From assembly GCA_021734135.1 (NCBI GenBank), contig JAIPJO010000001.1, forward strand, positions 1-58,766: a stretch of DNA of 58,766 bases, written 5' to 3'. Both the position numbers and the translations under genes were made by a program. The notes under the pieces are model-generated. The model saw nothing but the letters and a program-made list of their open reading frames with translations. It searched no databases and was not told where the DNA came from. The DNA is from Patescibacteria group bacterium (GTDB lineage: Bacteria; Patescibacteriota; Patescibacteriia; Patescibacteriales; UBA12465). Shown here in pieces: positions 39,388 to 49,679 of the stretch (the stretch's first letter is position 1; each line of letters opens with the position of its first letter).

Positions 39388-39481
39388 TTTAAGTAATATT
39401 TGTTTATTTTAATATTTCTTAATTTGAATTATAGCTGATATGTGTTAAATTTAAGATATATTAATAATAAATAATTACTAT

Positions 39482-40756
39482 ATGAATAATTACAAAATAG
39501 ATAAGTTAAAAAATGATTTAGAAATTATAAAGATTCCTGACAGTAGCTCTAAAACCGTAACTGCTTTAATTATGGTAGGAACAGGTTCTAGAAATGAAAG
39601 CAGAACTAATAATGGTATTAGTCATTTCTTAGAGCACATGATGTTTAAGGGTACAGAAAAATATCCTGATGCCCTTAGTTTAGCTTCAGCCTTAGATGCT
39701 GTAGGAGGGGAGTTTAATGCCTTTACCTCTAAAGAATATACTGGTTATTATATAAAACTTAGAGCTGATAAATTAGAAATAGCCTTAGAGATACTTAGTG
39801 ATATGTTATCTAACTCAACTTTTAAACAAGAGGAGGTTGATAAGGAAAGAGGTGTTATTTTAGAAGAAATTAATATGTATAGAGCTAACCCCATGATGAG
39901 ATTAGATGATGTTTTTGAGTCATGTTTATATGGTGACAATAGTGCAGGCTGGGAAGTTATTGGTACTAAAGATAATATTAAGAAATTTCAAAGAAAAGAT
40001 TTTGTTGACTATTATAGAAAGCAATATGGAGCTAATAATCTTCATTTAGTTTTAGCCGGTAATTTACCTAAAAATATTAATAGTTTAAGTAGTAAATATT
40101 TTGCTGATTTTTCTAAAAATAAAAAGAAAGAGCCAGCTAAAATTAATCTTAAACAAAGTGCACCACAGATAAAAGTAGAGTATAAAGAAAACGATCAAAT
40201 TAATTTAGCACTTGGTGTAAGAGCTTTTGCAATTGATAATAAAAGAGAGGCTACTTTAAAATTAATGCAAGTTATTTTAGGTGGATCTATGAGCTCTCGT
40301 CTTTTTACAGAGATTAGAGAGAAAAGAGGTTTAGCTTATTATGTTAAAGCTGTTACTGAATTATATAAAGATTCAGGTTATTTAGCAGTAGAGGCAGGAC
40401 TTAAAAATGAAGCAGTTTATGAAGCCATTAAAGTTATACTAGAAGAATTTAAAAAATTAGCCTTTGAGCCAGTTTTAGCTAAAGAACTGAAAAGAAATAA
40501 GGAGATGATAAAAGGACGTATGGCTTTAAGTTTGGAAGGTTCTGACGCTATTGCTAGTTTTTATGCTCGTCAATCTGTGACTAGAAAATCATTTAAGAAA
40601 CCCAAAGACTTTTTAGCTGAAATAAATAAAGTTAGTAGTGCTGATATACAAAAATTAGCTAAAGATTTATTTGTTAATGATAGATTAAACTTAGCAATTA
40701 TTGGGCCTATGAAAAAGAATGCTAAGTTAAAGAAAATTGTAGATTTAAGTAAATAA
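39482..40756 (+). CDS. M16-family (pitrilysin/insulinase-like) zinc peptidase
   Basis: 424 aa. Inverted zinc motif HFLEHMMFKGT (HxxEH). Confidence 0.8.
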   Translation: MNNYKIDKLKNDLEIIKIPDSSSKTVTALIMVGTGSRNESRTNNGISHFLEHMMFKGTEKYPDALSLASALDAVGGEFNAFTSKEYTGYYIKLRADKLEIALEILSDMLSNSTFKQEEVDKERGVILEEINMYRANPMMRLDDVFESCLYGDNSAGWEVIGTKDNIKKFQRKDFVDYYRKQYGANNLHLVLAGNLPKNINSLSSKYFADFSKNKKKEPAKINLKQSAPQIKVEYKENDQINLALGVRAFAIDNKREATLKLMQVILGGSMSSRLFTEIREKRGLAYYVKAVTELYKDSGYLAVEAGLKNEAVYEAIKVILEEFKKLAFEPVLAKELKRNKEMIKGRMALSLEGSDAIASFYARQSVTRKSFKKPKDFLAEINKVSSADIQKLAKDLFVNDRLNLAIIGPMKKNAKLKKIVDLSK

Positions 40757-40784
40757 TATTTAATTGATAATAAAATATATAACT

Positions 40785-43742
40785 ATGAAAGTAGATTTTT
40801 CTCATTTAAATAAAGAACAAAGACAAGCAATAGAACATGAAAATGGTCCTTTGCTTTTAGTGGCTGGAGCTGGTACTGGTAAAACATCAGTGCTTATTAG
40901 TAGGATGATTTATTTAATGAATGAGAAAAAAGTTAATACTGAAGAAATATTACTTTTAACCTTTACGGAAAAAGCAGCAGCTGAAATGGAAGAAAGAGCT
41001 TTAGAAGCTTTACCTTATGGTTATTTTGATTTGTGGATTAGTACTTTTCATAGTTTTTGCGAAAGAGTTCTTAGAGATCATGGTTTAGAGATTGGTTTAC
41101 CAATAGATTTTGAATTGTTAACTCAAACACAGCAATGGATTTTTATTTATAATAATTTAAATAAATTTGAGCTCGATTATTATAAGCCACTTGGTAATTC
41201 AACTAAGTTCATTCAAGAGTTAATTAAACACTTTTCAAGATTAAAAGATGAAGAGATTTCTCCACAAAACTATCTTGATTATGCTGAAAGTTTAGAACTT
41301 AATAAGGATAATAGTTTAAACAATGAGGAGGCTAAAGAACAAGAACAAGAAATAGCACGTTATAAAGAGTTAGCTAATGCATATTATACTTATAATCAAT
41401 TACTTCTTGATAATTCTTATTTAGATTTTGGAGATTTAATTACTTATACTTTAAAACTTTTTAAAGAAAGACCTCATATACTTAATAAATATCAAAATAA
41501 GTTTAAGCAAGTAATGGTTGATGAGTTTCAAGACACTAATTGGGCTCAATATGAATTAATCAAATTACTTATTAAGTCTCACCAAAACCTTACTGTAGTG
41601 GGAGATGATGATCAAAGTATATATCGTTTTCGTGGTTCTTCGATTTTTAATATTATGCAGTTTAAAGATGATTTTCCTACAGCTAAACAAATAGTTTTAA
41701 CTAAGAACTATCGTTCAGGACAAAAAATACTAGATAAAGCTTATGAACTTGTTAAACATAATAATCCTAATCGTTTAGAAGAAAAAATTAATGTTAACAA
41801 AGAATTAAAGGCGCAAAAACCAATAGATGCAAAAGTAGAACATTGGCATTTGCAAAATGAAGAGTCAGAAACTACTTTTGTTAGAGAAAAAATAGAAACT
41901 ATATATAAAACTAATAAAAACAGTAAATGGTCTGACTTTGCTATCTTAGTTAGAGCTAATGATGCAGCGGACAAGTTTGTTAAAGAATTAAATCGTCATG
42001 GCATTCCTAATCAATTTGTTTCTTTAAAAGGTTTGTATTTTAAGCCTTTAATATTAAATGCTATAGCATACTTTAAACTTTTAGATAATTATCATGAATC
42101 TTCAGCTTTGTTTAGAGTGTTAAACTTTGATTATTTTTCTTTACCATATAAAGATATTTTAGAATTAAATAAATTAGCTAGAAGAAAGACCTGGTCATTA
42201 TATGAAGCTTTAGAAAATATTCATATTTTAAATGATTTAGATAGTGAGTCATATAAAAAAATTAATGAACTTCTTAGTTTAATTAAGAAGCATAGTGAAA
42301 TGGCTAAAAAGGAAAATCCTAGTAAGATATTTTTAGAATATGTAAAAGCTTTTGCAATTACTAAAAAATTAGATCAAGATAGGGACAAGGAAAAATTTTC
42401 TTGGTTGAATCAGTTTTATAAGAAAATAAAAGAATTTGAAAGTGCTGATAAAGAAGCTAAATTAAAAGATTTTGTTAACTATTTAAATTTAGAACTTGAA
42501 GCTGGAGAAAGTGGTTCTTTGTTTTTAGAATTTGAAGATCCTGAAGTAGTTAAAATAATGACAGTACATTCTGCTAAGGGTTTAGAATTTAATTATGTTT
42601 TTGTTTGTAATTTGGTTGATAAACGTTTTCCTACTATTTCTAGAACAGATAAAATAACAATTCCGGATGATTTAATTAAAGAGAAAGTTGAATCAGATAA
42701 AGATTTTCACGTAGAAGAGGAAAGAAGATTATTTTATGTAGCTATTACTAGAGCTAAGGAAAGTCTTTATTTAACCAGCGCTAAAGATTATGGTGGTAAG
42801 TTAGAAAAAAAGCCCTCACTTTTTCTTGAGGAAATGAATTTAAATGCTAAAGAAAAATTTAGTGCTGATTATCAAGCTTTAAATGAATTGGAAAAAGATT
42901 TATACAAGGAAGAAGCAAAAAGTTTAAGCAAGACAAACAAAAGTCAACTCAGTTTACCTAACAAATTTTCTTTTTCACAATTAGAGTCATACAGCAAATG
43001 TCCTTGGCAGTATCGTTATGCTTTTATACTTAAAGTTCCTGCTCCTGAAAAAGCTAGTCTATCTTTTGGTAGATCCTTACATAACACTTTATATCAATTT
43101 ATGTACCCATTGTTAGAAATAGGCCAAGCTCAAACTAGTTTATTTGCAGAAACTAAAAAAAGAAAAGAGGAGATTACAAGTCAGATAAATTTAGATAGAT
43201 TAATGGATTTATATAATGATTACTGGCAAGAAGGAGGTTATGAAAGCAAAAAAGAAAAAGAAGCGTATTATAAAAAGGGTAAAGAATCATTAATTAATTT
43301 CTATAATAATTTATTAGAAGAAAAAAATGTAAGACCAGTGATGTTGGAGAAAAATTTTGTTTTGAAAGTTGGTCAAGATTCAATTAAAGGTGCTATTGAT
43401 AGAGTGGATAAATTAGAAGATGGCACAGTGGAAGTAATCGATTATAAAACAGGTAGAGTTAAAGATAAGTTGGATACTAAAGATAAAAGACAATTAATGA
43501 TATATCAACTAGCACTGGAAAACGTTTTACATCTTAAAGTATCAAAATTAAGTTATTATTTTTTAGACAAAGAAGGTCACAAACTTTCTTTTTCAGCTAC
43601 AGATAAACAGTTAGAAAAATTACAAGAACAATTACAAGAAGAAATAGAGCAAATTAAATCAATGAATTTCGCCCCCACCCCTAGCCCTCAAAAATGTTCT
43701 TATTGTGATTTTAATAGTATTTGTGAGTTTAGAAAATTTTAG
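40785..43742 (+). CDS. UvrD/PcrA-type SF1 helicase fused to a C-terminal PD-(D/E)xK nuclease with a Cas4/AddB-like four-Cys cluster
   Basis: Walker A GAGTGKTS, DEFQDT, VGDDDQSIYRFRG, TVHSAKGLEF. C-terminus has SKCPWQYRY ... IDRVD ... DYKTG ... CSYCDFNSIC. I prefer the ATG at 40785 over the TTG at 40764. Confidence 0.8.
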   Translation: MKVDFSHLNKEQRQAIEHENGPLLLVAGAGTGKTSVLISRMIYLMNEKKVNTEEILLLTFTEKAAAEMEERALEALPYGYFDLWISTFHSFCERVLRDHGLEIGLPIDFELLTQTQQWIFIYNNLNKFELDYYKPLGNSTKFIQELIKHFSRLKDEEISPQNYLDYAESLELNKDNSLNNEEAKEQEQEIARYKELANAYYTYNQLLLDNSYLDFGDLITYTLKLFKERPHILNKYQNKFKQVMVDEFQDTNWAQYELIKLLIKSHQNLTVVGDDDQSIYRFRGSSIFNIMQFKDDFPTAKQIVLTKNYRSGQKILDKAYELVKHNNPNRLEEKINVNKELKAQKPIDAKVEHWHLQNEESETTFVREKIETIYKTNKNSKWSDFAILVRANDAADKFVKELNRHGIPNQFVSLKGLYFKPLILNAIAYFKLLDNYHESSALFRVLNFDYFSLPYKDILELNKLARRKTWSLYEALENIHILNDLDSESYKKINELLSLIKKHSEMAKKENPSKIFLEYVKAFAITKKLDQDRDKEKFSWLNQFYKKIKEFESADKEAKLKDFVNYLNLELEAGESGSLFLEFEDPEVVKIMTVHSAKGLEFNYVFVCNLVDKRFPTISRTDKITIPDDLIKEKVESDKDFHVEEERRLFYVAITRAKESLYLTSAKDYGGKLEKKPSLFLEEMNLNAKEKFSADYQALNELEKDLYKEEAKSLSKTNKSQLSLPNKFSFSQLESYSKCPWQYRYAFILKVPAPEKASLSFGRSLHNTLYQFMYPLLEIGQAQTSLFAETKKRKEEITSQINLDRLMDLYNDYWQEGGYESKKEKEAYYKKGKESLINFYNNLLEEKNVRPVMLEKNFVLKVGQDSIKGAIDRVDKLEDGTVEVIDYKTGRVKDKLDTKDKRQLMIYQLALENVLHLKVSKLSYYFLDKEGHKLSFSATDKQLEKLQEQLQEEIEQIKSMNFAPTPSPQKCSYCDFNSICEFRKF

Positions 43743-43825
43743 AAATATTTTAACATTTTACGATTTAGATAATATAATATAATATATAGAGAAGTATTCT
43801 TGTATAAATATTATTATATAAATAT

Positions 43826-44845
43826 ATGGAAGAGACAGATAGAATTATAAGTTCTAATGAAAACTCCGAAGATAAAGCTTGGGATAGTTCTTTGCGTCCT
43901 CAGCACTTACATGAATATGTTGGCCAAGAAAAAGTAAAGGATAATTTAAAGATAAGTATTGAAGCTGCAAAAAAAAGATCAGAAGCCTTAGAACATGTTC
44001 TTTTATATGGTGCCCCTGGACTTGGTAAAACTACCCTAGCTCATGTTATTGCTAAGGAAACAGGTGCTAACTTAAGAATTACCTCCGGACCAGCTATTGA
44101 AAAAGGAGGAGATTTAGCTGCTATTTTAACTAACATTGCTGAAAATGATATTTTATTTATTGATGAAATTCATCGTTTAAATAGAAGTATTGAAGAAATA
44201 CTTTATCCAGCTATGGAAGATTATGCCCTAGATATTATTATGGGAAAAGGTGCTAGTGCTAGAACTTTACGTTTAGACCTCCCACGCTTTACCATTATTG
44301 GAGCCACTACTAAAGCCAGTCACTTATCTGCCCCACTTAGAGATAGGTTTGGTTTAGTTCATCACCTAAACTTTTATGAAGAAAGTGATATTGAAAAAAT
44401 TGTACAAAGAAGTGCTAGTATTTTAAAGATAAATATTGATAAAGCTTCTAGTAAAGCAATAAGTAGCCGTTCTCGTCGCACTCCTAGAGTTGCTAATAGA
44501 TTGCTCAAAAGAGTTAGAGATTATTGTCAGGTAAAGGGAACTGGTGAAATTACTGAAAAAGACTGCTTAAATTCTTTTAAAATGTTAGAGGTGGATAATT
44601 TAGGTTTAGATTTTATTGATAGAAAGATACTAGAAATTATTGTTGATAAATTTAATGGTGGTCCTGTAGGTCTTAATACTTTGTCTGCTGCTTCTGGAGA
44701 GGAAATGTCAACAATAGAAGATGTTTATGAACCATATTTAATGCAACTTGGCTTTTTAGAAAGATCTGCTAGAGGTAGAATGGTAACGGCTAGAGGTTAT
44801 GAGCATTTAGGGAAGAATCAAGTTGGTCAGAATAATTTGATTTAA
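43826..44845 (+). CDS. ruvB: Holliday-junction branch-migration helicase RuvB
   Basis: 339 aa. [15 protein letters not shown], Walker [12 protein letters not shown], Walker B IDEIHRL, sensor [15 protein letters not shown]. Confidence 0.95.
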   Translation: MEETDRIISSNENSEDKAWDSSLRPQHLHEYVGQEKVKDNLKISIEAAKKRSEALEHVLLYGAPGLGKTTLAHVIAKETGANLRITSGPAIEKGGDLAAILTNIAENDILFIDEIHRLNRSIEEILYPAMEDYALDIIMGKGASARTLRLDLPRFTIIGATTKASHLSAPLRDRFGLVHHLNFYEESDIEKIVQRSASILKINIDKASSKAISSRSRRTPRVANRLLKRVRDYCQVKGTGEITEKDCLNSFKMLEVDNLGLDFIDRKILEIIVDKFNGGPVGLNTLSAASGEEMSTIEDVYEPYLMQLGFLERSARGRMVTARGYEHLGKNQVGQNNLI

Positions 44846-44974
44846 AAATAAAATTTAAATATATTGAGATAATTTTAGTATTTAATATCTATTAATATTA
44901 TATACATCTATTAAAATATAGGTGTATTTTTATTTTATATAATAAATAATATAAATAATATTAATATAATAAAC

Positions 44975-44998
44975 TGTGTAAATAAAACTATTGACACA
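44975..44998. promoter_or_regulatory. Imperfect inverted repeat overlapping the -35 box; candidate LexA-like operator
   Basis: TGTGTAAAT-N6-ATTGACACA, with 8 of 9 positions symmetric. Confidence 0.35.
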
Positions 44999-45019
44999 TT
45001 TTATTCTATGCTTTATAAT
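44991..45019 (+). promoter_or_regulatory. Promoter of the lexA-like gene
   Basis: Perfect consensus TTGACA-N17-TATAAT. Confidence 0.6.
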
Positions 45020-45048
45020 ATTTATATAATAATTATTAATATAAATAT

Positions 45049-45690
45049 ATGCATGATAATCAAAGAAAAATTCTTGATTTAGCCAAGAAGAAAAATCTTA
45101 ACTCAATGACTTATCGTGAGATAGGAAAAGAATTAAATATTAAAAATCCACAAACCGTTATTTATCATATTGATAAGTTAAGAGATAAAGGTTTGATTTA
45201 TCTAGACTCCAAAAAGGATACAACTAAAGTATCTTCTGGTGAAGCTTTTGTTATTGATGAGTTATTCAATTTACCTATTTTAGGTTTAGCTAATTGTGGG
45301 CAAGCCCTACAAATTGCTCAGCAGGATATTTTAGGTTACATGAAGATATCACCTAAAGTATTAAATAGGAAAAGAGATCCTAAAGATCTTTTTATTGTTA
45401 AAGCAGTGGGAAAATCATTAAATAAAGCTAACATTAATGGAAAAAGTGTAAAAGATGGTGATTATGTTGTTATTGATAATGGTTTACAACCAAGAAATGG
45501 AGATTATGTTTTATCTATTATTGATGGTCTAGCTAATATTAAGCGCTTTTACGAAGATAGAGATAGTAATGAAATTAGATTGGTTTCTGAATCAAGTTTA
45601 AAAATACCACCAATTGTTTTACATAAGGAAGATTTAGATTCTTTAGGATATACTATAAATGGTGTGGTTACTAAGGTTATTAGGGCATAA
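45049..45690 (+). CDS. lexA: LexA-like repressor (winged helix plus S24 peptidase domain)
   Basis: 213 aa. N-terminal wHTH (MTYREIGKELNIKNPQTVIYHIDKLRDKGLI). S24-like C-terminus with Ser in VGKSL, Lys in ANIKRFY, and DGDYVVID. Confidence 0.65.
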   Translation: MHDNQRKILDLAKKKNLNSMTYREIGKELNIKNPQTVIYHIDKLRDKGLIYLDSKKDTTKVSSGEAFVIDELFNLPILGLANCGQALQIAQQDILGYMKISPKVLNRKRDPKDLFIVKAVGKSLNKANINGKSVKDGDYVVIDNGLQPRNGDYVLSIIDGLANIKRFYEDRDSNEIRLVSESSLKIPPIVLHKEDLDSLGYTINGVVTKVIRA

Positions 45691-45710
45691 TATAGTAAAT
45701 ATTTTATCAC

Positions 45711-45739
45711 TTGATTTTGTGATTAAAAAATGCTATAAT
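45711..45739 (+). promoter_or_regulatory. Promoter of lepB
   Basis: TTGATT-N17 (ending TGc)-TATAAT. Confidence 0.55.
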
Positions 45740-45773
45740 TAGTTTACTTTTATTGCAATAAATAAATAATTTT

Positions 45774-46334
45774 ATGTTTAAAAAGTTTTTTAGCTTCTTT
45801 TTTGAAGTTTTAAAGATAGTATTAATATCTCTAGCTATTATTGTTCCAGTTAGATATTTTTTAATACAACCTTTCTATGTGAAAGGAGCATCAATGGAGC
45901 CTAGCTTTCATGATTATGAATATTTAATAATTGATGAGATAAGTTATCGTTTTAATGAACCTAAAAGAGGTGAAGTGGTGGTTTTCCGTTATCCTAGACA
46001 TCCGCAAGAGTATTTTATTAAAAGAATAATTGCTTTACCAGGAGAAAGAGTGGAAGTAAAAAATGGTTTAGTTTATATTTATAATGATGATAATTCTAGA
46101 GGGTTTTTATTAGATGAAAAGTATTTACCCAATGGTACACAAACCTATGGTTTAAAAAATGAAGAAGTGGAATTAAAAGAAGATGAGTATTATGTTTTAG
46201 GAGATAATCGTACTGCATCTAAGGATTCTCGTAGTTTTGGTCCTGTTAATGAAAGTTTTATTGTTGGTAAGGTATGGATTAGAGGTTGGCCAATAGATAA
46301 ATTTGAAGTTTTTAAATATGATATAAATTATTAA
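45774..46334 (+). CDS. lepB: Signal peptidase I
   Basis: 186 aa. TM anchor, catalytic boxes GASMEPS, FIKRIIALPGE, GDNRTASKDSR. Confidence 0.9.
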   Translation: MFKKFFSFFFEVLKIVLISLAIIVPVRYFLIQPFYVKGASMEPSFHDYEYLIIDEISYRFNEPKRGEVVVFRYPRHPQEYFIKRIIALPGERVEVKNGLVYIYNDDNSRGFLLDEKYLPNGTQTYGLKNEEVELKEDEYYVLGDNRTASKDSRSFGPVNESFIVGKVWIRGWPIDKFEVFKYDINY

Positions 46335-46345
46335 TAACTATATAT

Positions 46346-47680
46346 ATGCCCAAACAAAGAAATCAAAAAAATAGAAATAATAAAAAAAATGTAAATATTA
46401 AACCAGGAAAAAACTTTTCTCGTATATTAGGGACTAAAGATGTTACAGTAAAGGATTTTGATAATTGGGAGATAGTTAAAAATAATATTACTGATTTTTT
46501 ACATAGGTACGGTTTTAAACAAATAGAAACGCCAATACTTGAGAAAGCAGAATTATTTAAGAGTTCTTTTCGTAATAATGATCCTAAAGAATTTTATAGT
46601 TTTATTAGTGATAAAAAAGAAAAGGTTGTTTTGAGACCAGAGTTAACACAAGGGATACTTAGAGCATATCAGGAATATAATTTAGAAGAAGAAATGCCAC
46701 ATCCAGTTCGTTTATTTTCAGTTGGACCTGTTTTTAGACAAGAAAAATTACAAAATGGACGTTATAGACAATTTAATCAAGTAAATGCAGAGGTTATTGG
46801 AGAAGATAAGCCAGTTTCTGAAGTATTACTTATGGTTACTGCTTATAACATGTTTAAAGATTTAGGTTTAAATGTTGAGGTGCAAATTAATAGTTTGGGT
46901 GATAAAGATTGTCAGAAAGAATATAAAAATAAACTAACAGCTTTTTATAAAGAAAGAGGTAAACGTAGTAAATTATGTAATTCTTGTAAAAAGTTATTAG
47001 AAAAGGATCCATTAGCATTACTAGATTGTAAAGAAAAAGAATGTATGGAGATTAGAAAAGATGCTCCACAAATTGCTGATTTTTTAAGTGAAGATAGTAG
47101 GGAACATTTTAGTAAGGTTGTTGAATATCTTGATGAATTAGATATTCGTTATAACTTTGATCCTTATTTAGTTAGAGGTTTAAGTTATTATAATGATACT
47201 GTTTTTGAAATTTGGCCATTAGATGAAAAAGAAAATGCTCAGTTTAGATATTCTCTTGGTGGTGGTGGTCGCTATGATAATTTAGTAGAAAAATTAGGAA
47301 ATAAAGCAACACCAGCTGTTGGTATGGCTATTGGTTTAGAAAGAGCTTTAACAAAAATTAAAGAACAGGGCTTGATTTTATTTCCAAAACCATATAATCT
47401 TATCTTTATTGCTCAAATAAGTGAACAGGCTAAAATTAAATCTTTACAGATATTTGAAGAACTTAGAAAGGAAGGTTATAATGTTAGACACTCTTTTGCT
47501 ACTAATAGTTTAAAAACTCAATTAGAAGAAGCAAAAGAATTAGATGCTAGATTATCTTTAATTATTGGTAAAAAGGAATTAAACGATGATACCATACTTC
47601 TTAGAGATATGGATTCTGGGGTACAAGAAATAATACCACAGAAAAAAATTAAAAGTGATATTAATAAAAAATTAAAATAA
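46346..47680 (+). CDS. hisS: Histidyl-tRNA synthetase (with a basic N-terminal extension)
   Basis: 444 aa. Motif 2 RYRQFNQVNAEVIG, motif 3 GGGGRYDNL, anticodon-binding C-terminus. About 25 K/N/R-rich residues precede the core. Confidence 0.9.
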   Translation: MPKQRNQKNRNNKKNVNIKPGKNFSRILGTKDVTVKDFDNWEIVKNNITDFLHRYGFKQIETPILEKAELFKSSFRNNDPKEFYSFISDKKEKVVLRPELTQGILRAYQEYNLEEEMPHPVRLFSVGPVFRQEKLQNGRYRQFNQVNAEVIGEDKPVSEVLLMVTAYNMFKDLGLNVEVQINSLGDKDCQKEYKNKLTAFYKERGKRSKLCNSCKKLLEKDPLALLDCKEKECMEIRKDAPQIADFLSEDSREHFSKVVEYLDELDIRYNFDPYLVRGLSYYNDTVFEIWPLDEKENAQFRYSLGGGGRYDNLVEKLGNKATPAVGMAIGLERALTKIKEQGLILFPKPYNLIFIAQISEQAKIKSLQIFEELRKEGYNVRHSFATNSLKTQLEEAKELDARLSLIIGKKELNDDTILLRDMDSGVQEIIPQKKIKSDINKKLK

Positions 47681-47747
47681 TTATTAAATATTAATATAAA
47701 TATTAATAATATAATAAATTATATAAATAGAAAGGAAGGTGTTAATT

Positions 47748-47975
47748 ATGGCAGATTTTAAGCGTAAGACAGGTGAAAATTTTGAAAGTTTTTTAAGAAG
47801 ATTTAAGAAAGGACTTAGAAATTCTAAACGTTTGGATAAAGCAAGAGAAAAACGTTATTACCAAGGTAAAAAATCTAAAAGAGAACAGAAGAAGTATGCT
47901 TTAACTAGTTTAGAATTAGGAAAGAAAAATGAGTATTTGCGTAAAATTGGCAAATTAACTGATGATAGAAAATAG
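47748..47975 (+). CDS. rpsU: 30S ribosomal protein S21
   Basis: 75 aa. MADFKRKTGENFESFLRRFKK... Shine-Dalgarno AAGGAAGG lies 8 nt upstream of the ATG at 47748; the ORF track starts at a GTG 9 nt earlier. Confidence 0.85.
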   Translation: MADFKRKTGENFESFLRRFKKGLRNSKRLDKAREKRYYQGKKSKREQKKYALTSLELGKKNEYLRKIGKLTDDRK

Positions 47976-47995
47976 TGTGCTATATCTGAAATAAT

Positions 47996-48028
47996 TAAAA
48001 AGAGACATCTATATGATGTCTCTTTTTG
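47996..48028. terminator. Bidirectional terminator between rpsU and rel
   Basis: agagacatc-tatat-gatgtctct hairpin flanked by an A-run and a T-run. Confidence 0.65.
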
Positions 48029-48035
48029 TATGTTA

Positions 48036-49538
48036 TTATTTATTATTTTTATGATGTTTTTTATGTTTGTGTTCTTTTTGATTTCCTTTGATAAGGTCTT
48101 TAATATTATTGAAGGCTGTTTTTTTAGAGTTTTGTTTAATTCTTTCTTTAGCCTTTTTAGTTTTAACAAATTTTAACCAATTTTTATTTGGATACTTACG
48201 ATTTCTGTCGATTACAATTTCTACAATATCACCATTTCCCAGAGGATGTTCTAAGCTAGCTATTTTGTCATTAATTAAAGCTCTAACAGCTTTGTTTCCT
48301 ATATCTGTATGTACAGCGTAGGCAAAATCAATTGGTGTTGCTTTTTCAGGAAGTTCAAATATGTCTCCTTTAGGGGAATGAACAAATATTCGATTGCGAA
48401 AAATATCTAGTTTAATTTCATCAATGAAATTTTTAGTATTAAGATTTTTTTGAATTTTAAGAATTTCTTTAATCCAATATGGTTGTCTAGCACTTTTATC
48501 ACTACCTTTTCCTTTGTAATACCAATGAGCAGATAATCCATAGATAGATTCATCATGCATTTCTTGGGTTCTTATTTGAAATTCTATATTTTTACCTTCA
48601 GGACCAAAAACAGTAGTGTGTAGTGAGCGGTAACCATTTGGTTTAGGCATTGCAATGTAATCTTTGAATCGATTTGTTTTTGGTTTCCAGATAGTATGTA
48701 TAACTCCTAGAGTTTTATAGCAATCATCAATAGAGGGAACAATAATTCTTAAAGCAAAAACATCATATATTTCATCAAAACGACGATCTTTTTTCTTCAT
48801 TTTTTGATAAATACTGTATAAATGCTTAAAACGAACTTCCATTTCATAGTTTTTTATTCCACTTTCACTTAATTTATCATATAATATGTTTTTAATTTTC
48901 AAAAAATATTGATTTCTTTCTGCCTTTTTTTCTATTTCATATTTATGTTCTAATTTTCTATACTCTTCATTTTGTAAAATTTTGAAACAAATATCTTCCA
49001 TTTGCCATTTTAAACGCCACATTCCTAAAAGTCCTGCTATAGGTGCATAAATTTCTAAGGTTTCTTTAGCTATACGATTTTGTTTGTTAGGTGGTAATGC
49101 CTCTAAAGTGCGTAAATTATGTAATCTATCACAAAATTTAATAAATATTACCCTAACATCTTTAGCCATAGCTACGAACATTTTTTTAAGATTTTCTCTA
49201 TATTTTTCTTCACCTCTATATTTAATTGTTCCTAGTTTTGTTACCCCATTAACTAAATTATATATATCATCTCCGAATTTTTGCTTTATTTCTTTTAAAG
49301 TATATTTAGTATCTTCTGGAACATCATGAAGTATACCGGCTGCTACAGTATTTATATCAGCTTTAATTTGAGTTAAAACGTAAGCAGTATGTAAACTGTG
49401 TTGTATGTAATCTTCACCACTTTTTCTTTTTTGTCCTTGGTGTGCTTTATTTGCTAATTGATAAGCTGAAAAGAGTAAAGCAGTGTTAACTCCAGGATGA
49501 ATTTCTTTAAATTTTTTAATAATTCTTTCTATAGTCAT
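48036..49538 (-). CDS. rel: RelA/SpoT-homolog (p)ppGpp synthetase/hydrolase, short form
   Basis: 500 aa. HD hydrolase motif (HDVPEDT), synthetase core (GYRSLHTTV), TGS domain (IFVHSPKGDIFELPEKATPIDFAYAVHTDIG). No C-terminal ACT/RRM region. Basic His/Lys tail. Confidence 0.85.
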   Translation of the reverse strand: MTIERIIKKFKEIHPGVNTALLFSAYQLANKAHQGQKRKSGEDYIQHSLHTAYVLTQIKADINTVAAGILHDVPEDTKYTLKEIKQKFGDDIYNLVNGVTKLGTIKYRGEEKYRENLKKMFVAMAKDVRVIFIKFCDRLHNLRTLEALPPNKQNRIAKETLEIYAPIAGLLGMWRLKWQMEDICFKILQNEEYRKLEHKYEIEKKAERNQYFLKIKNILYDKLSESGIKNYEMEVRFKHLYSIYQKMKKKDRRFDEIYDVFALRIIVPSIDDCYKTLGVIHTIWKPKTNRFKDYIAMPKPNGYRSLHTTVFGPEGKNIEFQIRTQEMHDESIYGLSAHWYYKGKGSDKSARQPYWIKEILKIQKNLNTKNFIDEIKLDIFRNRIFVHSPKGDIFELPEKATPIDFAYAVHTDIGNKAVRALINDKIASLEHPLGNGDIVEIVIDRNRKYPNKNWLKFVKTKKAKERIKQNSKKTAFNNIKDLIKGNQKEHKHKKHHKNNK

Positions 49539-49679
49539 TTTATATTGAAAAGTTTAATTGTCCCTTTTTTATTTTATTAATTATGTGTTATAATATGAAA
49601 AAGAAGATAATTATATTTAATTTATTATACTATATACATAGCTTGCAGTCAAAGCTAAAAAAGTATTTATTTTACTATA

